Source: a bacterium
Lineage (GTDB): Bacteria > Patescibacteriota > Patescibacteriia > Patescibacteriales > GWC2-42-12
Reading direction: 5' to 3'
DNA: 64,000 bases
Assembly: GCA_030650415.1 (NCBI GenBank)
Contig: JAUSEG010000025.1
Span: forward strand, 11,916 to 75,915
Made by a program: the position numbers and the translations under genes. Positions 45,910 through 55,506 of the stretch are shown here, in pieces. Position 1 is the stretch's first letter. Each line of letters starts with the position of its first letter. Under the pieces are notes generated by a model, which was not told the origin of the DNA, made no database searches, and worked only from the letters and a program-made list of their open reading frames with translations.

Positions 45910-45962
45910 TTGACAACTATTTTTTAAAACTATTGTTTGTGTTATAATATTATTAGCTAAAT

Positions 45963-46159
45963 TGTCATTGCGAGGAGCGCCTTTAGCCCCGGGCTTGACA
46001 CGGGGGACGAAGCAATCTTTTACCTGTCATTCCCGAAGCCGCAGGCTGTCGGGAATCCAGGAGGAAGCAATAAGAATGCGTTTCTAGATTCCCGCCTGCG
46101 CGGGAATGACAAAAAGAGTGAGATTGCTTCGCTTCACTTCGTTCCGCTCGCAATGACAG
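45963..46159. repeat. Nested element: family A arms enclosing two family B hairpins
   Basis: The A-left arm is 45963-46017. The B hairpins are GTCATTCCCGAAGCCGCAGGCTGTCGGGAATCCAGG (46024-46063) and GATTCCCGCCTGCGCGGGAATGACA (46085-46111). The A-right arm is 46116-46159. Confidence 0.85.
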
Positions 46160-46170
46160 TTATGTAATTT

Positions 46171-47583
46171 ATGAAAAAAAAACTAGTTATATTATTGCTT
46201 ATTTTTAGTTTTCTCCTCACCTCCGGCTTCGGCTGTAAATTAGTCGACCAAAAAACTCAAGCTGCCATGAAGCCGATAACCTTGAACTATTGGCGGGTTT
46301 GGGATGGACCGGATGCTTTTGACGAAATTTTTACCGCTTATAAGCAGCTTCACCCTTTTATTACTATAAATTATCGAAAACTCCGCTACGACGAATATGA
46401 AAGTGAACTTTTAAACGCCTTAGCCGAAGACCGCGGACCGGATATTTTTTCTATTCATAACACCTGGATAACAAAGTATAAAAGCAAAATCTCGCCCATG
46501 CCGCCGACTACCACTCTAGCCTACCCAATCGTTAAAGGCACGGTTAAAAAAGAAGTTATACCCGAGCTAAGAACCACTAAGAGCTTAAGCTTAAAGGAAA
46601 TAAAAAATGATTTTGTTGACATAATCTATCGCGATACTGTCCGTTCAACTCTCAATGAAAAATCCGGGGCATATGAAGAAAAAGTTTACGGTTTACCGCT
46701 ATTCGTTGACACCCTAGCCATGTATTACAATAAAGACTTATTTAACAACGCCGGCTTAATCGAACCGCCGGCTTATTGGAATAACGAGTTCCAGCAAGCT
46801 GTCAAAAAAACCACCAAGCAAGACACGGGGGGAAATATTATTCAGTCGGGCGCAAGTTTAGGCGGTTCAGATAATATTGAGCGCTATAGCGACATTCTGT
46901 CGGTTTTAATGATGCAGAACGGCGCGGTTATGGCTGATGACAGCGGTAATATTTTGTTAAACCAAATCCCGGCAAATTTTAAAAATCAAAACTATAACCC
47001 CGGGCTCGAAGCGCTGCGCTTTTACGCTGATTTTTCCAATCCGGCCAAAGAGGTTTACTCTTGGAACAAAAATCTTGATGATTCTCTGACTATGTTTGCC
47101 CAAGGGAAATTAGCGATTATGTTCGGTTATTCCTACCATCTCGCTACCATCCAAGCGCAAGCGCCAAAATTAAATTTTGCCATAACCAAATTACCGCAGA
47201 TTGAGGGCAATACGCCGGTTAATTTTGCCAACTATTGGGTTGAAACTGTTTCCAGCAAGAGTAAAAATTTAAACGAGGCCTGGGATTTTATTCAATTCGC
47301 GACTAAGGCCGAACAAGCTAAAACCTATCTGGCTAAAACTAAGAGGCCGACTGCCTTACGCGCTTTAATAAACGATCAGCTTGATGATAGCGAGGTTGAT
47401 GTTTTTGCCGAGCAAATTCTAACCGCTAAGAGCTGGTATAAGGGCTATGATTCGGCGGCCGCGGAAAAGTTTTTTGCGGAAATGATCGACGGGACGGTTT
47501 CAGGGCAAGATAAAATAGAAAATCTCATAAATTTAACGGTTAGCAAAATTCAGCAAACGGTTAACGCTCCGCCGAATAATTAA
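46171..47583 (+). CDS. ABC transporter extracellular solute-binding lipoprotein (sugar type)
   Basis: Lipobox LTSGFGC. The 470-aa length and pattern fit family-1 solute-binding proteins. Confidence 0.7.
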   Translation: MKKKLVILLLIFSFLLTSGFGCKLVDQKTQAAMKPITLNYWRVWDGPDAFDEIFTAYKQLHPFITINYRKLRYDEYESELLNALAEDRGPDIFSIHNTWITKYKSKISPMPPTTTLAYPIVKGTVKKEVIPELRTTKSLSLKEIKNDFVDIIYRDTVRSTLNEKSGAYEEKVYGLPLFVDTLAMYYNKDLFNNAGLIEPPAYWNNEFQQAVKKTTKQDTGGNIIQSGASLGGSDNIERYSDILSVLMMQNGAVMADDSGNILLNQIPANFKNQNYNPGLEALRFYADFSNPAKEVYSWNKNLDDSLTMFAQGKLAIMFGYSYHLATIQAQAPKLNFAITKLPQIEGNTPVNFANYWVETVSSKSKNLNEAWDFIQFATKAEQAKTYLAKTKRPTALRALINDQLDDSEVDVFAEQILTAKSWYKGYDSAAAEKFFAEMIDGTVSGQDKIENLINLTVSKIQQTVNAPPNN

Positions 47584-47590
47584 TTTCACC

Positions 47591-47801
47591 TGTCATTGCG
47601 AGGAGGCCGTACTCGGCCGACGCGGCAATCTATTTGCTTGTCATTCCCGCGCAAGCGGGAATCCAGGAGAAAACAGTAAAAACGCATTATCTTCTTTAAA
47701 CCCTTTGTGAAATAAATGTTTTAAACAAGCGGGCGAGTAGTAAAAATATCTCTACTACTCCCTCCTGGATTCCCGATAGCCTTTGGCTTCGGGAATGACA
47801 G
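47591..47801. repeat. Family A left arm plus a family B inverted pair
   Basis: TGTCATTGCGAGGAGG..GCGGCAATCT is followed by TGTCATTCCCGCGCAAGCGGGAATCCAGGAG ... CTCCTGGATTCCCGATAGCCTTTGGCTTCGGGAATGACA. Confidence 0.8.
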
Positions 47802-47810
47802 AAAAAAAAT

Positions 47811-48305
47811 ATGCCCAAACTAATAAAATTATCATTTACCATTTTATCTATTCTTTTAGCGTTTTTTGTTATTGATCCAGCGCTGGCTGGTTCTCCTCTT
47901 GATGGCTATACTTTTGAAAATTTTGATGGAGAAAACCCACAATCAGATGGTCTTCTACCAACCGCGCACGGTCCAAAATGCCCTGACGGCTCGCCAAATT
48001 GCGGCAACTATACTTTAAATGATATGGTGGGTTTGGTTTTAAAAATATCCGAATTTATCTTAGGTCTGGTCGGTTCGCTGGCTCTATTGGCCTTTGTGTA
48101 TGGCGGTATTATGTGGATAATTTCAGCCGGCAACGCCGAGAGAGTAGATATAGGAAAGAAAGCCATCATCGGCGCGGTGGTCGGCTTAGCTATAGTCTTT
48201 ACGAGTTTTATGATTATCCAATTGGTCTATAGCGCTTTAGGAATTCCACGCGCCGATAAAGGAGAATGGTCTGTTTCCAGTTGGACCTCTGGTTGGTCTA
48301 AATAA
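47811..48305 (+). CDS. TrbC/VirB2-like (type IV secretion pilin-like) membrane protein
   Basis: Signal peptide followed by two C-terminal hydrophobic helices (LVGSLALLAFVYGGIMWIISAGN..AIIGAVVGLAIVFTSFMII). The architecture matches pilin-like proteins common in CPR genomes. Confidence 0.45.
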   Translation: MPKLIKLSFTILSILLAFFVIDPALAGSPLDGYTFENFDGENPQSDGLLPTAHGPKCPDGSPNCGNYTLNDMVGLVLKISEFILGLVGSLALLAFVYGGIMWIISAGNAERVDIGKKAIIGAVVGLAIVFTSFMIIQLVYSALGIPRADKGEWSVSSWTSGWSK

Positions 48306-48347
48306 ACAGCAAAATTTTATAAATATTAATCTAAGCTAAATATTGTA

Positions 48348-48521
48348 TGTCATTGCGAGGAGCGTAAGCGACGAAGCAATCTCTGGTTAGAAACACTTAA
48401 CCAATCTAAAATTAAATCTCTTAAATCAAAATTAAACTTGTTAATCAATGCTTTTTCTTTATTTTTTATTATTCTTTCTTGCCAGAGATTGCTTCGCTTC
48501 TTGCGGAAGCTCGCAATGACA
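48348..48521. repeat. Family A palindromic element with a long AT-rich centre
   Basis: TGTCATTGCGAGGAGCGTAAGCGACGAAGCAATCTCTGG ... CCAGAGATTGCTTCGCTTCTTGCGGAAGCTCGCAATGACA. Confidence 0.85.
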
Positions 48522-48528
48522 ATATTAA

Positions 48529-49206
48529 ATGAACCTATTCAAATCAAATAAAATCGAAACCGACTGCGAGCCGGTAGCTAAGCAGCTTCGATCCAGAAGG
48601 CGGGCTAAAAATCTAAAAATCAAAGAGGTCGCGAAAAAATTAAACATCAATGAAAAATATCTAATTGCTCTGGAAGAAGGAAAATATAATCAACTGCCTC
48701 GCGGCGTCTACGAAAAAAACTTCTTGCGCGAATACGCGCTTTTTTTAGGGTTGAGTTGTGATCAAATTGCCAAGGACTACGAAACCGAAACGAGTATCTC
48801 CGAACCAAAAAAACCGAAAGAACTATTTTCCAAACAAGTAATAAAGGGACGGCATCTTTTAATCATGCCGAAGATTCTTAAAAATATTATAATTTTTTTT
48901 ATTATCGCCGCTTGTTTTATTTATCTGGTCTATCGAGTTAATAAAATAATCTCGCCGCCGCTTTTAATTATCGATCAGCCAAGCATAAATTTAATTACCC
49001 AGGAAACTTCTCTGGTAGTTTCCGGTCAGACCGAAGCCGAAGCCAATCTAACGATAAACGGCGAAAACGTTTTGAGCGATAAAGACGGCAATTTTTCCAA
49101 GTCTATTAACTTAAAAAACGGCATTAACAAAATAATCATAACTGCCAGTAAAAAATACGGCCGAAATAACACTATTTATAGAGAAATTTTGGTAAAAAGC
49201 AATTAG
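48529..49206 (+). CDS. RodZ-like HTH (XRE-type) membrane protein
   Basis: N-terminal HTH (KIKEVAKKLNINEKYLIALEEG), a central TM helix, and an extracytoplasmic beta-rich C-terminus. Confidence 0.6.
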   Translation: MNLFKSNKIETDCEPVAKQLRSRRRAKNLKIKEVAKKLNINEKYLIALEEGKYNQLPRGVYEKNFLREYALFLGLSCDQIAKDYETETSISEPKKPKELFSKQVIKGRHLLIMPKILKNIIIFFIIAACFIYLVYRVNKIISPPLLIIDQPSINLITQETSLVVSGQTEAEANLTINGENVLSDKDGNFSKSINLKNGINKIIITASKKYGRNNTIYREILVKSN

Positions 49207-49299
49207 CCGACCGTTATTGCCAATAAACATAAAAAGGTTTATTATTAATTAAGGGAGGTTAAATATGGCCTTCTTTTAATTTACTAACTTTTCCTAAAT

Positions 49300-50340
49300 A
49301 TGGATAATAAAGCTAAAACCGATAAAGAAAACGATGTAGCCGAAGAAAAAACTCAAGCCGTCATGTCCGCGGTAGAGCAAATAAAAAGCAAATTCGGCGA
49401 CGGTGCGATTATGAAATTCGGCGATACCATAAAATCAGATGTTGACGCCGTGCCGACCGGCTGTTTGTCGCTTGATATGGCGCTCGGCATCAACGGCGTG
49501 CCGCGCGGCCGGATTATTGAAATTTTTGGACCCGAAGCTTCGGGTAAGACTACTTTAGCCCAACACATCATCTCGGAAGTGCAAAAACTCGGCGGCGTGG
49601 CGGCTTTTATCGACGCCGAGCACGCGCTTGATCCGGAATACGCTTCTAAAATCGGTATTAACATCAAAGAACTCTTAATCAGCCAGCCGGACACGGGTGA
49701 ACAGGCCTTGGAAATTTTGGAAACTTTAGTCCGTTCCAACGCGGTTGATGTGGTAGTGGTTGATTCCGTCGCCGCTTTAGTCCCGCAAAAAGAAATTGAG
49801 GGCGATATGGGCGACTCGCATATGGGGCTCCAGGCCAGATTAATGAGCCAGGCTTTAAGAAAATTAGCCGGCATAATTTCCAAAACCAAGACCGTAGTGA
49901 TTTTTATTAACCAAATCCGCATGAAAATCGGCGTCTTTTTCGGCAATCCGGAAACTACCACCGGCGGTATGGCTTTAAAATTTTATTCTTCGGTCAGAAT
50001 TGAAGTCAGGCGAGCGGCGCAGATTAAGCAAGGCGACAAAATTATCGGCAACCGGGTAAAATGCAAAATCGTAAAAAATAAAGTAGCCGCGCCTTTCCGC
50101 GCCTGCGAATTTGATATTATGTATAACGAGGGCATTTCCATCTCCGGTGATTTACTCGATACCGGCGTGGTTTTTAACATAGTAAATAAATCAGGCAACT
50201 CGTACAGCTACGGCGAGATAAAATTGGGCGTCGGCCGAGAAAACGCCAAGAGCTTTTTACGAGCCGACAAAAAACTGATGAAAGAAATCAGAAAACGCGT
50301 CCTAAGCGAAGCCAGCGCTAAGGAAGTGGAAGAAAAATAA
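49300..50340 (+). CDS. recA: Recombinase RecA
   Basis: Walker [12 protein letters not shown], with L1/L2 regions and overall pattern canonical for RecA. Confidence 0.95.
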   Translation: MDNKAKTDKENDVAEEKTQAVMSAVEQIKSKFGDGAIMKFGDTIKSDVDAVPTGCLSLDMALGINGVPRGRIIEIFGPEASGKTTLAQHIISEVQKLGGVAAFIDAEHALDPEYASKIGINIKELLISQPDTGEQALEILETLVRSNAVDVVVVDSVAALVPQKEIEGDMGDSHMGLQARLMSQALRKLAGIISKTKTVVIFINQIRMKIGVFFGNPETTTGGMALKFYSSVRIEVRRAAQIKQGDKIIGNRVKCKIVKNKVAAPFRACEFDIMYNEGISISGDLLDTGVVFNIVNKSGNSYSYGEIKLGVGRENAKSFLRADKKLMKEIRKRVLSEASAKEVEEK

Positions 50341-50625
50341 AAATTCTAAAAATCATTACCTACTAATAAAAATTATGAAAAAACAATTTGAAGATCTCGT
50401 CCAACAACCAGAGAATAAAGAAAGTGAAAAGTAGTTTATATTAACCATGACTCCAATACAAAAAACTGACCTAATTAGAATGATAAATTATGATTTAAGC
50501 CAACCGTTAGGACCAGAACATGGCAACAGATTAAATAATTTATTTAAAAAATTAACTGGGAAAAATCATGATAATTGGAATAAAGAATAACTTTTCAAAA
50601 ATATAAATATCTATTACACATAATA

Positions 50626-50656
50626 AAAACGCCTCGTAGCTTTACGGGGCGTTTTT
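50626..50656. terminator. Bidirectional rho-independent terminator between convergent genes
   Basis: AAAAACGCCTCG-tagcttta-CGGGGCGTTTTT. Confidence 0.65.
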
Positions 50657-50677
50657 ATAAATCTAAATCTCTAAATA

Positions 50678-51244
50678 TTAATTCTGCTCCCTGCCGACAT
50701 ATTCTCCGGTATCCGTGTTAACTATAACTACTTCGCCTTCGCTGATGAACATCGGAACGCTGATTTGCATGCCGGTTTCTAATTCAACGACCTTGGTTAC
50801 GTTACCGGCTGAATTTCCTTTAACTCCGGGAGGAGCGCTGGTGACTTTTAGGGCAATTTTGATGGGTAGCTTTAGGGCGACTGTCTTACCTTGGAAATAC
50901 AAAACATCCACATCCATGCCTTCTTTTAAATAGCCAATTTTATCGCCAACTTGTTCTAAGGGCAGACCGGTTTGTTCAAAGGTTTCATTATCCATGAATG
51001 AGGCTTCGGTTTCGGTTTTATATTGATAATTTGCCGCCCGGGTTTCGGTTTCAGCTTCTTCGATCTTTTCGCCCTGCTGGAAAGATTTTTCTAAAATATT
51101 GCCATTAACCAAATTCTTTAACTTAGTTTTTAAAACCGCCCGGCGTTGCGCCGTCTTATTATGATCGGTTTTGATAACTACGTAAGGCTCATTACTAATT
51201 TGAACCAAAACACCGACTTTTATATCACCCTGGTTTAACATCAT
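50678..51244 (-). CDS. efp: Elongation factor P
   Basis: 188 aa with the KTAQRRAVLKTKLKNL region and a three-domain length. Confidence 0.88.
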   Translation of the reverse strand: MMLNQGDIKVGVLVQISNEPYVVIKTDHNKTAQRRAVLKTKLKNLVNGNILEKSFQQGEKIEEAETETRAANYQYKTETEASFMDNETFEQTGLPLEQVGDKIGYLKEGMDVDVLYFQGKTVALKLPIKIALKVTSAPPGVKGNSAGNVTKVVELETGMQISVPMFISEGEVVIVNTDTGEYVGREQN

Positions 51245-51314
51245 AACTTTAAACTTTTCGTAGCCCGGCCGTCAAAGCCACGCGCTTTATTATTTTCTAA
51301 TTAATAAATATTAA

Positions 51315-51536
51315 TTATTTATTCACGAACGGTATAATGGCCATAACGCGAGCGCGCTTGATGGCGATGGCTAATTTACGCTGATGCTTAGAGCAAGTGC
51401 CGGTTCTTTTCTTCGGTAAAATCTTACCGTAAGAATTAATAAAACGGCGCAAAAAATTAGCGTCTTTATAATCAACCTCTTTTAAATTATTTACGCAGAA
51501 ATAACATTGCTTGGCTTTTTTTATTGTCTCTTCCAT
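51315..51536 (-). CDS. rpsR: 30S ribosomal protein S18
   Basis: CYFC..VDYKD...ILPKKRTGTCSKHQRKLAIAIKRAR. Confidence 0.92.
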   Translation of the reverse strand: MEETIKKAKQCYFCVNNLKEVDYKDANFLRRFINSYGKILPKKRTGTCSKHQRKLAIAIKRARVMAIIPFVNK

Positions 51537-51547
51537 AAGACTTTCTT

Positions 51548-51634
51548 TGTCATTCTGGAGCGTAACGAAGTGGAGCGATAGAATCTCATTACCGCAGAGA
51601 TGCTATCGGTCGCCGCGCTCCCTCCAGCATGACA
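51548..51634. repeat. Family C palindromic element between ssb and rpsR
   Basis: TGTCATTCTGGAGCGTAACGAAGTGGAGCGATAGAATCTC // GAGATGCTATCGGTCGCCGCGCTCCCTCCAGCATGACA. Confidence 0.85.
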
Positions 51635-51636
51635 TA

Positions 51637-52110
51637 TTAAAATGGTATATTTTCAACTCTGATTTCTTCTTCGCCTTGGCTCTCCCCGCCAGAAGTACCG
51701 GCGGCCTCATCAACATTAATTACCGGCTCGCTTGGCATAGGCGGCTGATCATTTCGTTCAATCGATCCTCTCGATCCCGCTCCGGCGCGATCAAGCATAA
51801 TCATATTTTCGGCGACAATCTCCGTGCGGTAGCGTTTAACGCTATCCTGCCCGACCCAGTCGCGAGTTTGCAATCTGCCTTCAAGATAAATTTTCGCGCC
51901 TTTCTTTAAATACTGTCCGCAAATTTCGGCCAGTCTGGCCCAAGCGACAATATTATGAAATTCCGCTTTTTCGTGTTTCTGTCCCGATTGATCGGTCCAA
52001 ACAAAATTAGTGGCCACGGAAAATGAAGCGACGGTTTTGCCGTTTGGCGTGGTTCTAACTTCCGGGTCGCGAGTTAAAAAACCGATGATCATGGCTTTGT
52101 TTAAATTCAT
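51637..52110 (-). CDS. ssb: Single-stranded DNA-binding protein
   Basis: OB fold (MNLNKAMIIGFLTRDPEVRTTPNGK...), a Gly/Ser-rich linker, and an acidic tip ending IPF. Confidence 0.92.
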   Translation of the reverse strand: MNLNKAMIIGFLTRDPEVRTTPNGKTVASFSVATNFVWTDQSGQKHEKAEFHNIVAWARLAEICGQYLKKGAKIYLEGRLQTRDWVGQDSVKRYRTEIVAENMIMLDRAGAGSRGSIERNDQPPMPSEPVINVDEAAGTSGGESQGEEEIRVENIPF

Positions 52111-52190
52111 AAAGGTTGTTTTTGGCGCCGCTTGGCTGGGGGCGAAGCGACGGAAAATTTATTATTAAAAAATTTTAAACGTAAAAATAA

Positions 52191-52718
52191 TTATAGCAAA
52201 TTATCGGTTTCCAAAATTTTATCAAGCTTTTCATCCAAATCTTTTAGATCAACCTTGCCTTTATCCGCGGCTTTTACGCTAGGAGCGGTTTCAGCCGGCG
52301 TAACGCGTCGCGCGGAAATTTTCTCTTCGACTAATTTTTCTTCCTTAATATTTCTGGCCGCGATTTTTTCCGCGATTTTTTTATCATGCAAAATTTGCTC
52401 CTCGGTTTTTACTTCCTTCGAAACAACTTGCTGTCTTAAAATTTCACTCATCATGCGCAAGGCGTGATCAACATTAATAAGGTTTACGCCCGGCATATCA
52501 AACTCAACTAAAATATAATAGCCAAAACGAAAACCCTTAATCGGATAAGCCAATCTTTTTTTCCCCAAGCTAATACTCTGGGTAATTTTACCCTGATTGT
52601 TGGTAATTAATAAATTTACTTTCTCCATGATCGGCTTTATTTCATCCTCGCTGAACTGGTTGGAAATTAAATAAAGCAATTCATAATGGGGGGTCTCGCC
52701 TGATTTTACTTTTGACAT
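52191..52718 (-). CDS. rpsF: 30S ribosomal protein S6 with a long charged C-terminal extension
   Basis: The PHYELLYLIS...RLAYPIKG pattern is typical of S6. I prefer the ATG at 52718 to the track start at 52742. Confidence 0.85.
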   Translation of the reverse strand: MSKVKSGETPHYELLYLISNQFSEDEIKPIMEKVNLLITNNQGKITQSISLGKKRLAYPIKGFRFGYYILVEFDMPGVNLINVDHALRMMSEILRQQVVSKEVKTEEQILHDKKIAEKIAARNIKEEKLVEEKISARRVTPAETAPSVKAADKGKVDLKDLDEKLDKILETDNLL

Positions 52719-53051
52719 AGTTGCAATTAAATAATTAAACAAAATTTTATGGCCGTAGAGCTTTGCTCGCTATAAAATTTTATTTAATACATTATAATTT
52801 TTGAAAGTATTGAAAACTTTTTTAAAAAAGTTTTCAAAGGGTTAAAAAAATCCCAGATATTCTCTAAGTTCCCCAAAAAAATCGGGGCTATATCGGGATT
52901 GAGAATACCTTTAATCCGGTCGAAACCGGACTCGCGCCTCTTTGACAAAGCGCCTGGAAAAGGTTAAGTATTAAATTGTGTTTTTACTTTATCATAGGCT
53001 CTTAAAAATTGCAAGAGCCGGATTCTTGTGCTAAAGTTTAATCAAAAGCGC

Positions 53052-53159
53052 AGGTTGTGCAATAATGTTGGTTTTGAGCGCATATGAAATTGTAGCAATT
53101 TTTTTTAAAAATTGCCCAAATTTCATCTTAAGCGAAAAACCAACATTATTGCACAACCT
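53052..53159 (+). repeat. Family X long hairpin
   Basis: The 24-bp arms are perfectly complementary: AGGTTGTGCAATAATGTTGGTTTT / AAAACCAACATTATTGCACAACCT. Conserved GAGCGCATAT and ATCTTAAGCGA are present, with an inner stem GAAATT-GTA-GCAATTTTT. Confidence 0.8.
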
Positions 53160-53171
53160 TATTAAAACAGT

Positions 53172-54458
53172 ATGAAATATTTTTTCATTTTAGGCACCAA
53201 TCCAACCCTATCATTAGCCGAATTAACCACGGTAATTAATCATGGAAAATTTTCTCTGATACAAAAAGATATCGCCATTTTAGAATGCGCTGAAAAAATC
53301 GAAACCAGTGTCATAAATAAAATCGGCGGGACCATTAAGATCGGTTCTGTCCGCGAAGAAATTGATTCTTACGCCGTTAAAGATATCTTAAATTCAATCG
53401 CCAATTTCGCCAAACCGGAAAAAATCGAAACAAAATTTAACTTCGGCATTTCTTTTTATGGCAAAATAAAAATTCACCCCGTGAAATCCGCTCCCCAGTT
53501 GAATCCGACAAAGTCGGTGCGAAGCAATTCAACGGGGCAAGAAGCGGGAATTCCGCTAAGAGCGGAATTATTTCACGGGGTAAATCTGAAAGTTCTAGGT
53601 ATGAAACTTAAAAAATTGCTTAAAGAGTCGGAAATTAGTAGCCGCTGGGTTATAAGCAAAGAACCAACTTTGTCCAGTGTAGTGGTTGAACAAAATAAAT
53701 TAATTACGGACAGGGGAGTGGAAATTGTGATTATTCAATTCAATAAAAAACTTTACATAGGAAAAACTTTAGCCGTTCAACCGTTTAAAGATCTATCTTT
53801 CCGCGATTATGGCCGGCCGGCTCGCGACTCTCACTCTGGCATGCTACCGCTAAAACTAGCTCAAATAATGATAAATATGTCGGGCGCACGCCTTAATGAA
53901 ACTATCTTAGACCCGTTTTGCGGTTCAGGCACAATTGTAACCGAAGCTATGCTTATGGGATATAGTAATATTATCGGCGCCGACCTTTCCGATCGAGCGA
54001 TTACCGACACCAGGACAAATATTGAGTGGATTAAAAAAAATTACGAGCTACCGATTACAAATTTAAATTTAAACAACATTGATGCGACACAAATTTCAAA
54101 ACAAATTAAGCCAGACTCGGTTGACGCCATCATCACCGAACCATACTTAGGTCCGCAGCGAGGACGGTTTGATGTAAGTAAAACAATCAACGAGCTGGAA
54201 CGGCTTTATTCCCGAAGCTTATCTGAATTTAATAAAATCTTAAAACCGGGCGGAAAAATAGTTATGGTCTGGCCGGTATTCTGCGGCCAATTTAAAAATA
54301 TTTTTCTTAATCCGGATTTAAACGACCTGAAAATTATCAACCCCATACCGGAAAATCTACAAACTAATATCTTCATAAAAACAACTGTCCGCCAAACTAT
54401 TATCTACGGCCGCGAACTGCAAAAAGTCTGGCGGGAGATAGTGGTGTTAGAGAAATAA
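53172..54458 (+). CDS. SAM-dependent RNA (m2G-type) methyltransferase with an N-terminal THUMP-like region
   Basis: Motif I DPFCGSGTIVTEA and motif IV ITEPYLGP. The ORF contains the 112-bp palindromic insert at 53473-53584. Confidence 0.65.
   Translation: MKYFFILGTNPTLSLAELTTVINHGKFSLIQKDIAILECAEKIETSVINKIGGTIKIGSVREEIDSYAVKDILNSIANFAKPEKIETKFNFGISFYGKIKIHPVKSAPQLNPTKSVRSNSTGQEAGIPLRAELFHGVNLKVLGMKLKKLLKESEISSRWVISKEPTLSSVVVEQNKLITDRGVEIVIIQFNKKLYIGKTLAVQPFKDLSFRDYGRPARDSHSGMLPLKLAQIMINMSGARLNETILDPFCGSGTIVTEAMLMGYSNIIGADLSDRAITDTRTNIEWIKKNYELPITNLNLNNIDATQISKQIKPDSVDAIITEPYLGPQRGRFDVSKTINELERLYSRSLSEFNKILKPGGKIVMVWPVFCGQFKNIFLNPDLNDLKIINPIPENLQTNIFIKTTVRQTIIYGRELQKVWREIVVLEK
53473..53584 (+). 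repeat. Family D-type outer palindrome with nested hairpins, inside the methyltransferase CDS
   Basis: TTCACCCCGTGAAAT ... ATTTCACGGGGTAAA encloses CCCCAGTTGAAT/ATTCAACGGGG, CCGACAAAGTCGG, and GCGGGAATTCCGC/CCGCTAAGAGCGG. Confidence 0.8.
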
Positions 54459-54459
54459 T

Positions 54460-55506
54460 ATGCCAAAAACTAAGAAACCGAATCGCCGGCCGGACAACCC
54501 GGCCCATTCCGTGGCTTCTCTATTTAAACAGCTCGGACGGGAAGAAAAAATTAAAGTGCGGCTTGAGCCGGCCTGGCAACAGGTGGGAAAAATTACGCGC
54601 CCGGACGGCACCGCGACCTATTTTCGAGGCACTAATTTTGATTTAAACGGCCTGGGCGCCACGGAAATCGCGCGGGACAAGGGTTACGCCGCTTACTTTT
54701 TAAAACTGGCCGGCTTCAGGGTTATCCCGGGCAAAACCTTTTATTCGCCTAAATTTGCCAGACAGCTAAACAGCCGGAACGACCCGACCGCGGCTTATGA
54801 ATACGCGAAAAATAAAATCGGCTGGCCAGTAGTAGTTAAACCGAATAGCCTTTCACAAGGGCGGCTGGTTTGCGTGGCTGATGACAAACCAACTTTCGCG
54901 CAAGCGGCGCAGAAAATTTGCCGATTAGACCGAGTCTTTTTGGTTCAGCCTTTGCTTCTCGACCATGATTATCGGGTGGTAATTCTAGACGGCGAAGTTA
55001 TTTCCGCTTATGAAAGACTGCCGCTTTTCGTTATCGGCGACGGCATTGCCACCATCGACGAGCTGCTAAATAAAAAACAAAAAAAATACGAAGCGAGCGG
55101 CCGCGATACGACCATAGACAAGCGAGACTTTCGCATTGATCTAAGGCTTAAAAGGCATTATCTTAATCGCGCCTCCGTTTTAGCCAAAGGGCAAATTTTT
55201 AATTTACTGGACAATCGCAATTTATCAACCGGCGGCGAAGCCATTGATGCAACCGACGAAATTCACTCTTCGTATAAAAACCTGGCCGTTAAGATCGTCC
55301 GCGGCATGGGCCTTCGGTACTGCGGCGTTGATTTAATGGTGCAAAGCGACATCAAAAAACCCCTTGATCCTCGGACAAATAATTATTACGTTATAGAAAT
55401 AAATTCGGCTCCGGGCATTGATAATTACGCCAAATCGGGCGCCAAGCAGAAAAAAATTGTTAAAGAAATTTACCGGAAAATTTTAAAAAAATTAAACAAC
55501 CAATAA
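54460..55506 (+). CDS. ATP-grasp ligase (RimK/cyanophycin-synthetase-like)
   Basis: PVVVKPNSLSQGRLV, and the C-terminal YVIEINSAPGI pattern of ATP-grasp enzymes. The start is 1 nt after the methyltransferase stop. Confidence 0.6.
   Translation: MPKTKKPNRRPDNPAHSVASLFKQLGREEKIKVRLEPAWQQVGKITRPDGTATYFRGTNFDLNGLGATEIARDKGYAAYFLKLAGFRVIPGKTFYSPKFARQLNSRNDPTAAYEYAKNKIGWPVVVKPNSLSQGRLVCVADDKPTFAQAAQKICRLDRVFLVQPLLLDHDYRVVILDGEVISAYERLPLFVIGDGIATIDELLNKKQKKYEASGRDTTIDKRDFRIDLRLKRHYLNRASVLAKGQIFNLLDNRNLSTGGEAIDATDEIHSSYKNLAVKIVRGMGLRYCGVDLMVQSDIKKPLDPRTNNYYVIEINSAPGIDNYAKSGAKQKKIVKEIYRKILKKLNNQ

Noticed and set aside
49353-49961. 202-aa ORF antisense to recA. Similar antisense or shadow ORFs include 36..1289 in nusA, 40630..42342 in smc, 56131..56634 in ychF, 44328..45752 in yifB, 10029..10319 and 27996..28400.
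   Set aside because: Each lies wholly inside a well-supported conserved gene on the other strand and has a low-complexity or Ser/Leu/Phe-rich composition. They are frame shadows.
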